Source of the DNA: a virus
Virus record (IMG/VR): IMGVR_UViG_3300023084_000004
Reading direction: 5' to 3' (one strand)
Length of the DNA stretch: 64,000 bases
Shown here one piece after another: positions 48,258 to 57,548 of the stretch; position 1 is the first letter of the stretch, and each line of letters opens with the position of its first letter. The notes beneath the pieces were generated by a model. That model ran no database searches. It saw nothing but the letters and a program-made list of their open reading frames with translations, and was not told where the DNA came from. The position numbers and the translations under genes are program-made.

Positions 48258-48752
48258 TTAGTCTCCCTCTTTATTTTTGTTTAATTTCCTTTCAAAGTCA
48301 TCAATAAATTCGCTGATATATTCAGGTGGTTCTTGCATTTGTATGTCTTGTCCACTACTATCATTGATGATTGATTGAGTAAGCATTTGTTGAGATGCTT
48401 TAAATTTGATATATGTTTGTTTCTTTTCTTTTTGAATTCTTCTTAAGAATGCATACCATATAATTTGAGTAAAGTATGCGAAAGGATTTTGAGATTTATC
48501 TGGATCGAAATTGTGTATGTATTGTAAACAGTTTTCAATTCCATCAGAAATCATTTCCTCTTTATATGAGTAGCCCGAAAAGTTTGGCTTAGTTGCAAGT
48601 CTTGTAGCAATAAGTAAAATACATTTACCTACATACTCAGGAACTTGTGGATTTCTATCTCCACTTTCTTCAGCTTCTTTACAGGCATTTCTATAATCAA
48701 TTAAGGCTTGTAATAAGTCCTTGTTATTGACATAGTTGCGTTTCTTTGCCAT
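48258..48752 (-). CDS. gp55: Late-transcription sigma factor gp55
   Basis: NYVNNKDL, NFSGYSYKEEMISDGIENC, NPFAYFTQI; start at MAKKR. Confidence 0.97.
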   Translation of the reverse strand: MAKKRNYVNNKDLLQALIDYRNACKEAEESGDRNPQVPEYVGKCILLIATRLATKPNFSGYSYKEEMISDGIENCLQYIHNFDPDKSQNPFAYFTQIIWYAFLRRIQKEKKQTYIKFKASQQMLTQSIINDSSGQDIQMQEPPEYISEFIDDFERKLNKNKEGD

Positions 48753-48783
48753 GTCACGTTCTCCATGTATAAAATTTCTGTAT

Positions 48784-48812
48784 ATTATAACATATTTTGA
48801 GTAATATGTACA
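48784..48812 (-). promoter_or_regulatory. gp55 promoter TGTACA-N17-TATAAT
   Basis: -10 exact, -35 near-consensus. Confidence 0.55.
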
Positions 48813-48867
48813 CCTTTTAGTGAAAAATAAAGGTATAAATTTATTTTCATTTTTTTGCAAAAAAGGG

Positions 48868-48896
48868 TTGACATTCTCAAAAATTCAGTATATAAT
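48868..48896 (+). promoter_or_regulatory. Consensus promoter TTGACA-N17-TATAAT pointing antisense into the uvsW 3' end
   Basis: Exact consensus with upstream A/T tracts; no + strand ORF follows. Confidence 0.7.
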
Positions 48897-48926
48897 TAGG
48901 TTATCCGGCTTAAAGATATATTAGTA

Positions 48927-50420
48927 TTAAATTTCTACAGTAAATATCTTAAAAGGAAATTCTTCCGCTCCGTAGATTTCAATTCTTTTCTTAAAATGTT
49001 TTAAAGTATAATTTTCAAAACTTCCCACAGAAAGATCATCTGTAATATCATATAAAGTAGCCTCATTAGAATCATCAGCCTTTCTTAATGTTCTTCCAAT
49101 AGACTGGAGAACCTTTATCTCAGACTTCGATCCTGAAGCAAAAATTACATTATCTAATCTTCTTAAATTCACTCCAGTCGAAAACACTCCATAACTTGCA
49201 AGTATATCATGTCGTTTTTGTGTATCATTTTCCACCAGTTGTCGAATATGTTCACGTTCTTCTCCTGAAGTTCCACCGTATATAAAATGAAGTTCACGTC
49301 CGTCTTTGCGCAGCAAAGGTTCTAATAATTTACCATGCTTTTCTACAAGATCAAATAATATCAAATTATTCTGACCTTCCAGACTATGAACTAAGTTCTT
49401 AATAAAATTATTTCTTTTTTCGTGATTAACAATAAACTCTCTTTCAGCTGGCCATTTTTTTACTTTATCTTTGACCTTATTAATCGCATCTTTAAATGTT
49501 TTACGAGTATCGTTATTGTGTGATAGAACGATTGCTTTAACTTTAAAATTTGCAACCGTTCCTTTGTCCATAAGTTCTTTTGTATTAATTATCTTTTTGA
49601 CTTGACCAAAGCAACCTTCTAATACTAATCTATGTGTCTTACTTTCAGATGATTTCAATGTACCAGTAAATCCATGTCGGTACTCACAGTTCGTAAGTTT
49701 TTCCATAATTGTTGTTAATGATTTTGCTTGGAAAGTATGAGCTTCATCTCCCATTACAACTCTAAATTGATCGAACCATTCTTTAGGTTGTTTTACTAAT
49801 GATTGCCAAGTACTAATAACAATAGGTGCTTTTGTGTTCTTATCAACTCCACCTTGAATTGTGTATATAATATCTGATTCACAACCATAATCAACAAAGT
49901 CTCCAGCCATTTGATGTACTAATCCAATTGTAGGAACAATAATTAAAGTACGATGACCAAATGCTTGATAATAGTGTTGTTGAATTAAATAAATGATTAA
50001 TGATTTACCAGAGGAAGTAGGACTTAAAGAAAGAGAACGTCTTTTACGTAATGCATTGACGACGTATTCGTTTTGGTAGTCTCTTGGAGTAAACTTACAA
50101 TTGATTTCTTTTGCAAGTTGTATACCGTAATCGTCATCAATTTGTTCATCTAATCCGATATTATCTGGTGCATTCAGAGTATAACCTCTATCATCACAGA
50201 ATTTTTTGAGGTGTGGAAAAAGACCAACATAGAGTTTAGGTCTCATTGGTTGATATAAATGAATGTATCCATCCCAAACGCGCATTTTAACTTTGGGGTG
50301 GAATTGCCAACCTTCAGGTCGGAAAGAAAAGTGTTGAGCGATTTCTTGACGAACGCCGCCATCGGCTGTCACTTTCATATGCACACTATTAATGTGTTCT
50401 ACATTAATCACTTCGCTCAT
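48927..50420 (-). CDS. uvsW: SF2 helicase UvsW
   Basis: PRDYQ, SPTSSGKS, GDEAH, GFTGT, LQSIGRTLRK. Confidence 0.96.
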   Translation of the reverse strand: MSEVINVEHINSVHMKVTADGGVRQEIAQHFSFRPEGWQFHPKVKMRVWDGYIHLYQPMRPKLYVGLFPHLKKFCDDRGYTLNAPDNIGLDEQIDDDYGIQLAKEINCKFTPRDYQNEYVVNALRKRRSLSLSPTSSGKSLIIYLIQQHYYQAFGHRTLIIVPTIGLVHQMAGDFVDYGCESDIIYTIQGGVDKNTKAPIVISTWQSLVKQPKEWFDQFRVVMGDEAHTFQAKSLTTIMEKLTNCEYRHGFTGTLKSSESKTHRLVLEGCFGQVKKIINTKELMDKGTVANFKVKAIVLSHNNDTRKTFKDAINKVKDKVKKWPAEREFIVNHEKRNNFIKNLVHSLEGQNNLILFDLVEKHGKLLEPLLRKDGRELHFIYGGTSGEEREHIRQLVENDTQKRHDILASYGVFSTGVNLRRLDNVIFASGSKSEIKVLQSIGRTLRKADDSNEATLYDITDDLSVGSFENYTLKHFKKRIEIYGAEEFPFKIFTVEI

Positions 50421-50423
50421 AAT

Positions 50424-50657
50424 TTATAACTTTATTGCTAATAATAAAAAGATTGCTAATAGTATCATGTTTGTGAAAAATATAAGTACCGCTAATATGG
50501 TATGATACCAAATCCATCTTGTCTTATATGCGTTTTCTAAATTCAAATCTGCAGGATCAATTTCGGATTCCATTGTAGGCAACGTATGCATCATTGCTTG
50601 ATCAATAGGATTTTCTGAAATAGGTCTTTCAAATAATTTAAGAATCCTTTCCCACAT
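50424..50657 (-). CDS. Small membrane protein
   Basis: C-terminal hydrophobic helix. Confidence 0.6.
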   Translation of the reverse strand: MWERILKLFERPISENPIDQAMMHTLPTMESEIDPADLNLENAYKTRWIWYHTILAVLIFFTNMILLAIFLLLAIKL

Positions 50658-50660
50658 TAC

Positions 50661-51098
50661 TTAATAATCTCCAGCTTGAAATTTCAAAATATCTATCATA
50701 TTTTTAACTACGAAATTTCGAGAATGTATAGTTTTAATTATATCTTCAAGGTAGTTTGCATTTGCTGTATGAAAATCAATTGTTAAACTTAACTTGATAA
50801 TATCTTTATCTGCTTGAATATATTTATCCATATCGTTCCGTAAAATTTTTAACTGGAACGGTTCCCAACCCATTTCGGCTAAAGTTTGTCTATCCATACT
50901 ACCATCATAGTATTCTCGCTTTAATCTTTCAAGCTCTTTATATTCAGCTTTTAATTTTTTAACGCGTAACACTTCCTTATAATAAAGATTATAATATTTA
51001 CTGTGTAAAAGTGGAATGCGTTTACTTTCACCGACTAAATTTGTTTCATCAATGGGCGCATCTTTTGCCCACATTTCAGAAATTTGATTTGTATCCAT
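50661..51098 (-). CDS. uvsY: Recombination mediator UvsY
   Basis: IPLLHSKY, YLEDIIKTIHSRNFVVKNMID..KFQAG. Confidence 0.92.
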   Translation of the reverse strand: MDTNQISEMWAKDAPIDETNLVGESKRIPLLHSKYYNLYYKEVLRVKKLKAEYKELERLKREYYDGSMDRQTLAEMGWEPFQLKILRNDMDKYIQADKDIIKLSLTIDFHTANANYLEDIIKTIHSRNFVVKNMIDILKFQAGDY

Positions 51099-51134
51099 AA
51101 TTTAAAAAACTCTTTTGCTTATATTAACATGTCT

Positions 51135-51163
51135 ATTATACCACATGTTAAAGCAAATGTCAA
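51135..51163 (-). promoter_or_regulatory. uvsY promoter TTGACA-N17-TATAAT with -10 box bracketed by TAACATGT/ACATGTTA
   Basis: Read directly. Confidence 0.75.
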
Positions 51164-51171
51164 CCCCTTAA

Positions 51172-51660
51172 TTACATCTTGTTGATTTTAAAGGAGTCAT
51201 ATCTCATTGTAACCGTTGCTTCTGCGTATACAACGTCTTGTTGAGCGAGGTCAAGTGATATAGGTGTTAAACCTATTGGAAATGCATTTGTAAATACAAA
51301 CTCTACATTTGGATTCTTATGAGAATTAAGTAGCATGATACTAATATCAGAAACTAAGCCTTCTTCAGTGGCTTGTAATTTATCATATTGTTCAAGATTA
51401 TCTGGTGTACCGATACCTTGTAGCCAATCAAAGATCTCTCTATAATTCTCCATATTTTCGTCGATAATAAAAGATAAATCCAAATCAGCAAAACGAATAT
51501 GATCAGGAACATTATAAAAAGCTCTTAATGGTGTTTGAGTTTCAACAGGGTTTGCAGTTACACCAGGTAACAAAACCTTTTGACTGAAAAATTCTACATT
51601 TGGAAGCCTTGATATTTTTATAGCGAAGCCGCCGGTAGATAAATAGTTATTGATAGTCAC
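51172..51660 (-). CDS. gp3: Tail completion/tube terminator gp3
   Basis: NYLSTGGF, LPNVEFFSQ, FIIDENMENYREIFDW, FTNAFP; AATAAATA late promoter at 51700-51707. Confidence 0.88.
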   Translation of the reverse strand: MTINNYLSTGGFAIKISRLPNVEFFSQKVLLPGVTANPVETQTPLRAFYNVPDHIRFADLDLSFIIDENMENYREIFDWLQGIGTPDNLEQYDKLQATEEGLVSDISIMLLNSHKNPNVEFVFTNAFPIGLTPISLDLAQQDVVYAEATVTMRYDSFKINKM

Positions 51661-51724
51661 TTATAGAAATTCCTATATAAAATAATTGATTACTTTTACT
51701 ATTTATTCAAAGTGAGGATATAGC

Positions 51725-52444
51725 ATGTTCAAACCCAAATCTTTTTCATACGAGCTCGACACTGAAGGTTTGTCGATTAATGAAGTAGCTGAGCTTAATA
51801 ATATACATTTCAATCGTAAAGATTATGACTGGTGGTATGAAGTATTACCAGGAGACGTTGTTGTTGATGTCGGTTGTGGTATAGGTGCTTTTGCAGCTAG
51901 TGCATTAGATAAAGGTGCAGAAAAGGTTTATATGATTGAACCGAATCGCAGACAATTAAAAACCGCAGTAAAAAATGTTTCAGATTATATTATTGATCGT
52001 ACTCAAAAAGCAGTATTTCCTATTCATGCCGCAATGGGTAGAACAGATATAGACTTATCTAATGTATTTAAAAGTTCAACACACATCGAATCAGAATTAG
52101 AACCTCGATTAATGACTTTTAACGAACTTACTGATACTCATAAAATTGAAAAAATAGATTTCTTAAAAATTGATGCAGCAGGCGCAGAATATAATATTCT
52201 ACATAAAGAATACTTTGATTATCTTTTCCATAATGTAAGACACATTGCAGTAAGATGCCATTTAACATCTCAATATGGTGGCTTAGTAAAATTTGAAGAA
52301 TGGAGAAAGTCAGTATTATTACCGTTTATGGAAGCAGGTAAAGTTAACTTTCAAGGAGATAATTGGCGCAAGATTGTATCAAGCCCAGTTTCATTAGATG
52401 CAATTCCTGCATCTTCATTCATGATTTATATTACAAACTGGTAG
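51725..52444 (+). CDS. FkbM-family methyltransferase
   Basis: VVVDVGCGIGAF, IEPN, IDFLKIDAAGAE. Confidence 0.85.
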   Translation: MFKPKSFSYELDTEGLSINEVAELNNIHFNRKDYDWWYEVLPGDVVVDVGCGIGAFAASALDKGAEKVYMIEPNRRQLKTAVKNVSDYIIDRTQKAVFPIHAAMGRTDIDLSNVFKSSTHIESELEPRLMTFNELTDTHKIEKIDFLKIDAAGAEYNILHKEYFDYLFHNVRHIAVRCHLTSQYGGLVKFEEWRKSVLLPFMEAGKVNFQGDNWRKIVSSPVSLDAIPASSFMIYITNW

Positions 52445-53159
52445 GATCCCAATCAATAGTATTTGTAATATACACCATAAAAGAACGACCTGGCTCCCAC
52501 TCTGCTTTTCTTAAAGCGATATCATTAAAAGCAAGATCGCGATCTTCGTGTTCTAAGAAATGAATTTTATTTTCGTCGAAGTGTCCGAGTATATTATCTC
52601 GAACATAGATCCATCGCCGTGGAGCTTCGGGAAAGGAATCAAGGTGAAACTCCACGGCAATGTGTTGAACGTTGTTCCTCAAAAATGGAACGTTCTCTAG
52701 AGAAAAAATGTCATACTCTCCACCTTCGCAATCGATTTTTAAAAAGTCGATCCATTCAATGTCATACTGTGTCATACAGTCTTTAAAAGACATTAAATTA
52801 AATTTTGCTGAAGGTCCAAATATGTTTTCGTAATGTTCTTCTTTACTACCAATAGCAGCATTGATAGGGACCACTGGTGTCTCTCCGTGGTCAATAAAAT
52901 AATCAGAGGTATTATCTAATAGAGTCTTTAAATGTTCTCTATTAGGTTCAATAGAATATATCTGTCGTGCTCCACCATCTAATGCTAAACAAGTAAAAAA
53001 TCCAACACAAGCACCAACATCAACACAAATATCACCATGTTGTGGTGCATAATACCATTCATAATCTTTTCTATGAAAGAATTCATGATACATTGTATTA
53101 ATATCATTTAAAGGTAAGTTAGATACTTTTAAATGCTTGTTAAGATATTTTCTAATCAT
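52431..53159 (-). CDS. FkbM-family methyltransferase, paralogue of the convergent gene
   Basis: ICVDVGACVGFF, IEPN, IDFLKIDCEGGE. Confidence 0.88.
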   Translation of the reverse strand: MIRKYLNKHLKVSNLPLNDINTMYHEFFHRKDYEWYYAPQHGDICVDVGACVGFFTCLALDGGARQIYSIEPNREHLKTLLDNTSDYFIDHGETPVVPINAAIGSKEEHYENIFGPSAKFNLMSFKDCMTQYDIEWIDFLKIDCEGGEYDIFSLENVPFLRNNVQHIAVEFHLDSFPEAPRRWIYVRDNILGHFDENKIHFLEHEDRDLAFNDIALRKAEWEPGRSFMVYITNTIDWDPTSL

Positions 53160-53320
53160 TACCAATTATGAATTACATTTGCTATAATAAAAAAGCATGT
53201 AGCAAAATTAACCCCGACGATAATAGTACGAAGCAAAGCCACATAATCATCATACGGCTCTGTCTTGTCATCGGAAAATCCGCCTAAAGCATATTTCCAT
53301 ATTGTCCATATCTTATTCAT
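53159..53320 (-). CDS. Small membrane protein (53 aa)
   Basis: Not in track. MNKIWTIWKYALGGFSDDKTEPYDDYVALLRTIIVGVNFATCFFIIANVIHNW; TAATG coupling. Confidence 0.65.
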   Translation of the reverse strand: MNKIWTIWKYALGGFSDDKTEPYDDYVALLRTIIVGVNFATCFFIIANVIHNW

Positions 53321-53495
53321 CGTTACGTCTGTGTGCTAATTCAAAATATCCATTAGGACCTACTTCATAGACATCTCCAATTTTAATATCGAGTTCGTCT
53401 AAAATCCAATGCTTATTATTTTCGTCTGTTTGTTTTATAATACGAAAGCCATTGTCAAATTGATTGATCATTAAATCACTTACATTTTTAAACAT
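53313..53495 (-). CDS. Hypothetical protein
   Basis: ORF in operon order. Confidence 0.55.
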   Translation of the reverse strand: MFKNVSDLMINQFDNGFRIIKQTDENNKHWILDELDIKIGDVYEVGPNGYFELAHRRNDE

Positions 53496-53496
53496 A

Positions 53497-54861
53497 TCAA
53501 ATTTCCTCTAAGTCAGATATGAATTGTTTTTTCGGACTGGTTTTTTGCCAGAAACGAAGTTGCTTTTCAGCTTCTTTAATTTGTTTTGCGAGTTCTACTA
53601 CCATCTCTTTAGTAAGACTCATAATATTTAACCTTAATAGTCTATCACCTTGTTCTTCAGATACAACCATTCCATTCTCTTTCATTTGAGCAATTACTTG
53701 TTTCTTAGTATTATTCTTAAACTCAATCTTATTATCAAGTACAAGTTCTATAAATTGTTTTTTCAGTTCTAACCAACTTACTTCATTAGTACATTCAGTG
53801 ATACGCTTATTGATACGAGTTTTAAGAATACTCATTTTATAATCGCAAAAATCTTTAACAACTCCTCGTGCATCATCATACTCACGAAGCTTACCATTAA
53901 AATCAATAACGGTTAAATTCTGCGCATAAGGTTTACTTAATTTAAATTTAGAAATAATTTTATTTTTATTCCAATTAGCAGAAGTGTTTTGCTTTAGTTT
54001 AACTTCAAACTTAAATCCATCTTTATCACAAAGATCTTCGTATGATACAATATCACCATCGTCTTCTAATCCATCTAATACTTTGACATAACTTTCGCGA
54101 TCAAAGCCGTATGGCACTTCGGTGATTTGGAGTTGTGTTTTACCACGCTTAGCATAAGTGCCATACACGGTATACTTATGACTTTCTTCTTTATTTTGTT
54201 CAACTGTACCTGAAAACTCTGGAAACTTTATTTGAATAGAATTTTCAATATTACCTGTTTGCAAATATTCTATACATGCCGCTTTAATACTTTCAGGACA
54301 ATGTGGTAGAATGTTTGTAGCGAATCCAGTTGCAATACCTTTAGTGCCATTAACAAGTACTAAAGGAATAACAGGCAGATAAAATGCAGGTGGCTCGTGT
54401 TCAGGATCTTCATGTACAGGACTTAAATCAATATCCTTAATATAAGTATTAAAGTTATTATGTAACCTTGTATAGACGTAACGTGGAGCTCCTGCTTCTT
54501 GAATTAAACGAGTACCAAATGAACCTCGTCCTTCAATAAGACAAATATTGTTATTCCATGTTGCGGCCATAAGTTGACCTGAACCAGCTGCCGAAGCTTC
54601 ACCATGATTATAACCATAATCAGAAATAATACCTGATACAGCTGATACCTTTTTAAAATCTTTCTTACTATTTAAAATTGATGAATACAAATAGAACCTT
54701 TGAACAGGCTTAAGTCCATCAATCATATTTGGAATTGCTCGAGATTCAACAGTATACATTGCAAATGATTTCCATTCATTTGCTGCTACCTTTGAAATAG
54801 GATAGTTATCTTCAGGATAACTTGTTACTTCTTCTTCTGCAAACATCGTTAAATCACTCAT
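53497..54861 (-). CDS. gp52: Type II topoisomerase subunit gp52 (GyrA/ParC-like)
   Basis: RAIPNMIDGLKPVQR, YNHGEAS, GAPRY (catalytic Tyr). Confidence 0.95.
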   Translation of the reverse strand: MSDLTMFAEEEVTSYPEDNYPISKVAANEWKSFAMYTVESRAIPNMIDGLKPVQRFYLYSSILNSKKDFKKVSAVSGIISDYGYNHGEASAAGSGQLMAATWNNNICLIEGRGSFGTRLIQEAGAPRYVYTRLHNNFNTYIKDIDLSPVHEDPEHEPPAFYLPVIPLVLVNGTKGIATGFATNILPHCPESIKAACIEYLQTGNIENSIQIKFPEFSGTVEQNKEESHKYTVYGTYAKRGKTQLQITEVPYGFDRESYVKVLDGLEDDGDIVSYEDLCDKDGFKFEVKLKQNTSANWNKNKIISKFKLSKPYAQNLTVIDFNGKLREYDDARGVVKDFCDYKMSILKTRINKRITECTNEVSWLELKKQFIELVLDNKIEFKNNTKKQVIAQMKENGMVVSEEQGDRLLRLNIMSLTKEMVVELAKQIKEAEKQLRFWQKTSPKKQFISDLEEI

Positions 54862-56683
54862 ACATAAATTCCTTTCTTAATTCTGAGTTTTTACCAAACA
54901 TCATTTCAAAATATTTAACGTCATCAACACTGACAACATCATAAACTGGATCATTAATAATTTTATTATATTCTTCTTCTGTTAATGAACCAAGACCTTT
55001 AATATACCTATGCTTCCAATCTGCATTAGAGGTTTTAAATTCAGAAGCTTCTTCATAAGTATAGAACCATTTAATGTCATTACCTTTAGCTGAAATCATA
55101 ATTGGTGTTCTTGTAATCTTAACTCTTCGTTCATTTAACAAACGAGGCCAGAATTTATAAAAGAATGCAATCAACAATGGACTAATATGTCCAATACCAT
55201 CATGGTCAGCATCGGTTAATGTTGCTATATACTTATAACTCATCTCATTAACACTATCTGGATTATTAATATCTAATCCTAATACAGCAATAAGCTCTGA
55301 CAATTCTTTATTCTTAAGTACATCAGCGGGCTTCATATCCCAAGTATTCATAATCACACCACGAAGTGGAAATGCTCCAACCTTATCAGGATTACGAACC
55401 TTTAATAAGAATCCCATAGCACTATCACCCTCTACAATTTTGAGTGTAGCGTCATCTTTATTAGCCGCAATATGTTTTGCAACTTTTACTTTACGTAATT
55501 TCTTTTGAGCTAATGTTGCTGCACGTTTATCAGCAGCAAGTTTCTTTGCTAATTGAGCTTCAATAATTGGATCAATTATATCAGGTGTATTAAGTATTTT
55601 ATTTGCTAACCATTCAGGAGTACGTACTTCACAACCTTCTATATGTTCTTTTACATTACCAGTTGGATTAGTAAGACGTTCTTTTGTTTGGCTATCAAAT
55701 TTTGGATTTGTAAAGTTACGTGCAAACATTACAAAAGTTAAACCACTTTTAATAGTAGTCTTAAGAACTTCAACTTTATGGCGTCTCTTAATTTTAGTTA
55801 CAAGTTCATCAATAATACTATTAATAAAATAATCTACGTATGTACCACCTTGTCTTGTATTCACACCATTAATATAACTATTTGTTCTGAAGCCATCTTC
55901 AGACGGTGCAATAAAATAAGATAAGTTGTCAGTCTTTTCTAAAATTACAGTATCATTAAAGAGTGCTGCATATTTTTTAAGATCATTTACGCGTACACGC
56001 TTTTTATTAAAGGAAAACTGAATTTCAGGAAAAGCCATTTGTAAAGATATAAGACGATCTTCGATAAGTGTAATTGTATCAAGTTCTTCTAAACTATCAA
56101 CTTCAAATAAACTAAAGTCAGGAGTAAACGATACATAAGTACCATTTCCTTGTTTTGATCCAAATAATACTTTGAGTGTATCAGCACCATCTTTACATTT
56201 TACTTCAATTGATTTTCCATTCGACCAAGTCTTACCAACGAACGTTGATGATAAAAAGTTTGTTGCGGCAGAACCAACACCGTTAGTTCCAATTGTAACT
56301 CGTTCATCATCAAACGAAGTTCCTGCATTTACTTTAGTCCAAGCAGCAACAGGACGTAGTATATCTTTACCTACTGTCTCGTCATGTATCTTATCTTGTG
56401 GAATACCTCTACCATTATCACTAACAGTTACAGTATCTCCTTCAATTGATACATTAATCTTATTCGCGTATTTAAAATTCGTACGTATTGCTTCATCAAT
56501 AGAGTTATCGAGTATTTCATCTACCATCTTTGATAATGCAGGTACGTATGTAGCTTTCTTCCATTCACCAAGAATAAACCTTTCGATTTCTTCTCGAGAA
56601 GAAGAGCCCATATACATACCAATACGCTCACGAACATGCTGTCGCGCAGTCAATATTCTAAATTGTTCTGTTGTTTGTGTCAC
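54854..56683 (-). CDS. gp39: Type II topoisomerase large subunit, fused gp39+gp60 (GyrB/ParE-like); GTG start
   Basis: EILDNSIDE, DNGRGIP, GTNGVGS, VEGDSA, LTDADHDG, YIKGLGS. Confidence 0.95.
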   Translation of the reverse strand: MTQTTEQFRILTARQHVRERIGMYMGSSSREEIERFILGEWKKATYVPALSKMVDEILDNSIDEAIRTNFKYANKINVSIEGDTVTVSDNGRGIPQDKIHDETVGKDILRPVAAWTKVNAGTSFDDERVTIGTNGVGSAATNFLSSTFVGKTWSNGKSIEVKCKDGADTLKVLFGSKQGNGTYVSFTPDFSLFEVDSLEELDTITLIEDRLISLQMAFPEIQFSFNKKRVRVNDLKKYAALFNDTVILEKTDNLSYFIAPSEDGFRTNSYINGVNTRQGGTYVDYFINSIIDELVTKIKRRHKVEVLKTTIKSGLTFVMFARNFTNPKFDSQTKERLTNPTGNVKEHIEGCEVRTPEWLANKILNTPDIIDPIIEAQLAKKLAADKRAATLAQKKLRKVKVAKHIAANKDDATLKIVEGDSAMGFLLKVRNPDKVGAFPLRGVIMNTWDMKPADVLKNKELSELIAVLGLDINNPDSVNEMSYKYIATLTDADHDGIGHISPLLIAFFYKFWPRLLNERRVKITRTPIMISAKGNDIKWFYTYEEASEFKTSNADWKHRYIKGLGSLTEEEYNKIINDPVYDVVSVDDVKYFEMMFGKNSELRKEFMYE

Positions 56684-56710
56684 TATACGTACTTCTCCAT
56701 TTGAGTTACC

Positions 56711-56739
56711 ATTCTATCACAGTTCTTTGTAAATGTCAA
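56711..56739 (-). promoter_or_regulatory. Topoisomerase promoter TTGACA-N17-TAGAAT
   Basis: Near-consensus. Confidence 0.7.
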
Positions 56740-56816
56740 CTGTTTTTTTCATATTAGATAAAAAACCTTAGATCTATTAATTATATGAATATTACGAAAT
56801 GATCTAAAAATAATGG

Positions 56817-56845
56817 TTGACAATTTCGAGAAACTAGTATAGAAT
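56817..56845 (+). promoter_or_regulatory. Early promoter TTGACA-N17-TAGAAT
   Basis: Near-consensus. Confidence 0.65.
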
Positions 56846-56909
56846 TACTTTAATGGAAACACCATATTCGATCTTAAATGAATTATTTTCACTTTTTTCA
56901 CAAAAAAGG

Positions 56910-56969
56910 TTGACATTTCATTTCAAACAACTTATAATGGTAACATAAATGAGGAAAAGGAGTTAATTT
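56910..56969 (+). promoter_or_regulatory. Early promoter/leader cassette 1
   Basis: TTGACA-N17-TATAAT-GGTAACATAAATGAGGAAAAGGA. Confidence 0.8.
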
Positions 56970-57221
56970 ATGTCACATCATGTAAATGAAATGTTAATGG
57001 AAAATTACTTTGAGTATGCTCAGCAGAACTTTGGTCTCAACGACGACCAAGCTGCAGACTATGCAAAAATGAGATTTGAAAATGAAGGTGAAGACTTATC
57101 AGAAAGTCAAATGAGAAGTCTGATAGGTGCTCCTAGCAGGGAAGAAGAGGAATACTGTATTTGTGGTGATAAACTGGTCGACTGCAAAGATGGTTATGAA
57201 CATATGACCAGTGGAGTATAA
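56970..57221 (+). CDS. Early acidic protein with C-terminal Cys/His motif (paralogue A)
   Basis: GAPSREEEEYCICGDKLVDCKDGYEHMTSGV. Confidence 0.75.
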   Translation: MSHHVNEMLMENYFEYAQQNFGLNDDQAADYAKMRFENEGEDLSESQMRSLIGAPSREEEEYCICGDKLVDCKDGYEHMTSGV

Positions 57222-57226
57222 TTGTT

Positions 57227-57463
57227 ATGAAATTTAATGTTAAAGAAGTTGCCAAAGATCTTGGCTTTGGTATGTTGTGTGTCGCAGGTACAATTGCTGT
57301 CACATTTGCAATCGTTTCCTTTATGGAATTGATTAATATGACAAAAGATAGTATTAGGATTGCATTAGCCATTCCTTTGTTCTTGTATTTTTCTTATATT
57401 TTTGGTGGACTTACGAGGTCTGTATTCTTTAAAGAAAAGGGCGGTTATTTCTACAAAGACTAA
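57227..57463 (+). CDS. Early two-TM membrane protein
   Basis: Two hydrophobic helices. Confidence 0.65.
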   Translation: MKFNVKEVAKDLGFGMLCVAGTIAVTFAIVSFMELINMTKDSIRIALAIPLFLYFSYIFGGLTRSVFFKEKGGYFYKD

Positions 57464-57489
57464 AAAGTCAACTTTTTTCAATTTAGTGG

Positions 57490-57548
57490 TTGACAAATCA
57501 TTTCAAATGAATTATAATAGTCATATAAATTAGGAAAAGGAATTAATT
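57490..57548 (+). promoter_or_regulatory. Early promoter/leader cassette 2
   Basis: TTGACA-N17-TATAAT-AGTCATATAAATTAGGAAAAGGA. Confidence 0.8.

Noticed and set aside
41131-50420. Inteins, introns or homing endonucleases in gp43, gp46/47 or uvsW
   Set aside because: Lengths and motifs are continuous; none seen
54854-56683. Fused gp39+gp60
   Set aside because: The fused form is normal; the split in T4 itself is the exception
56172-56732. 186-aa + strand ORF
   Set aside because: Antisense shadow of gp39
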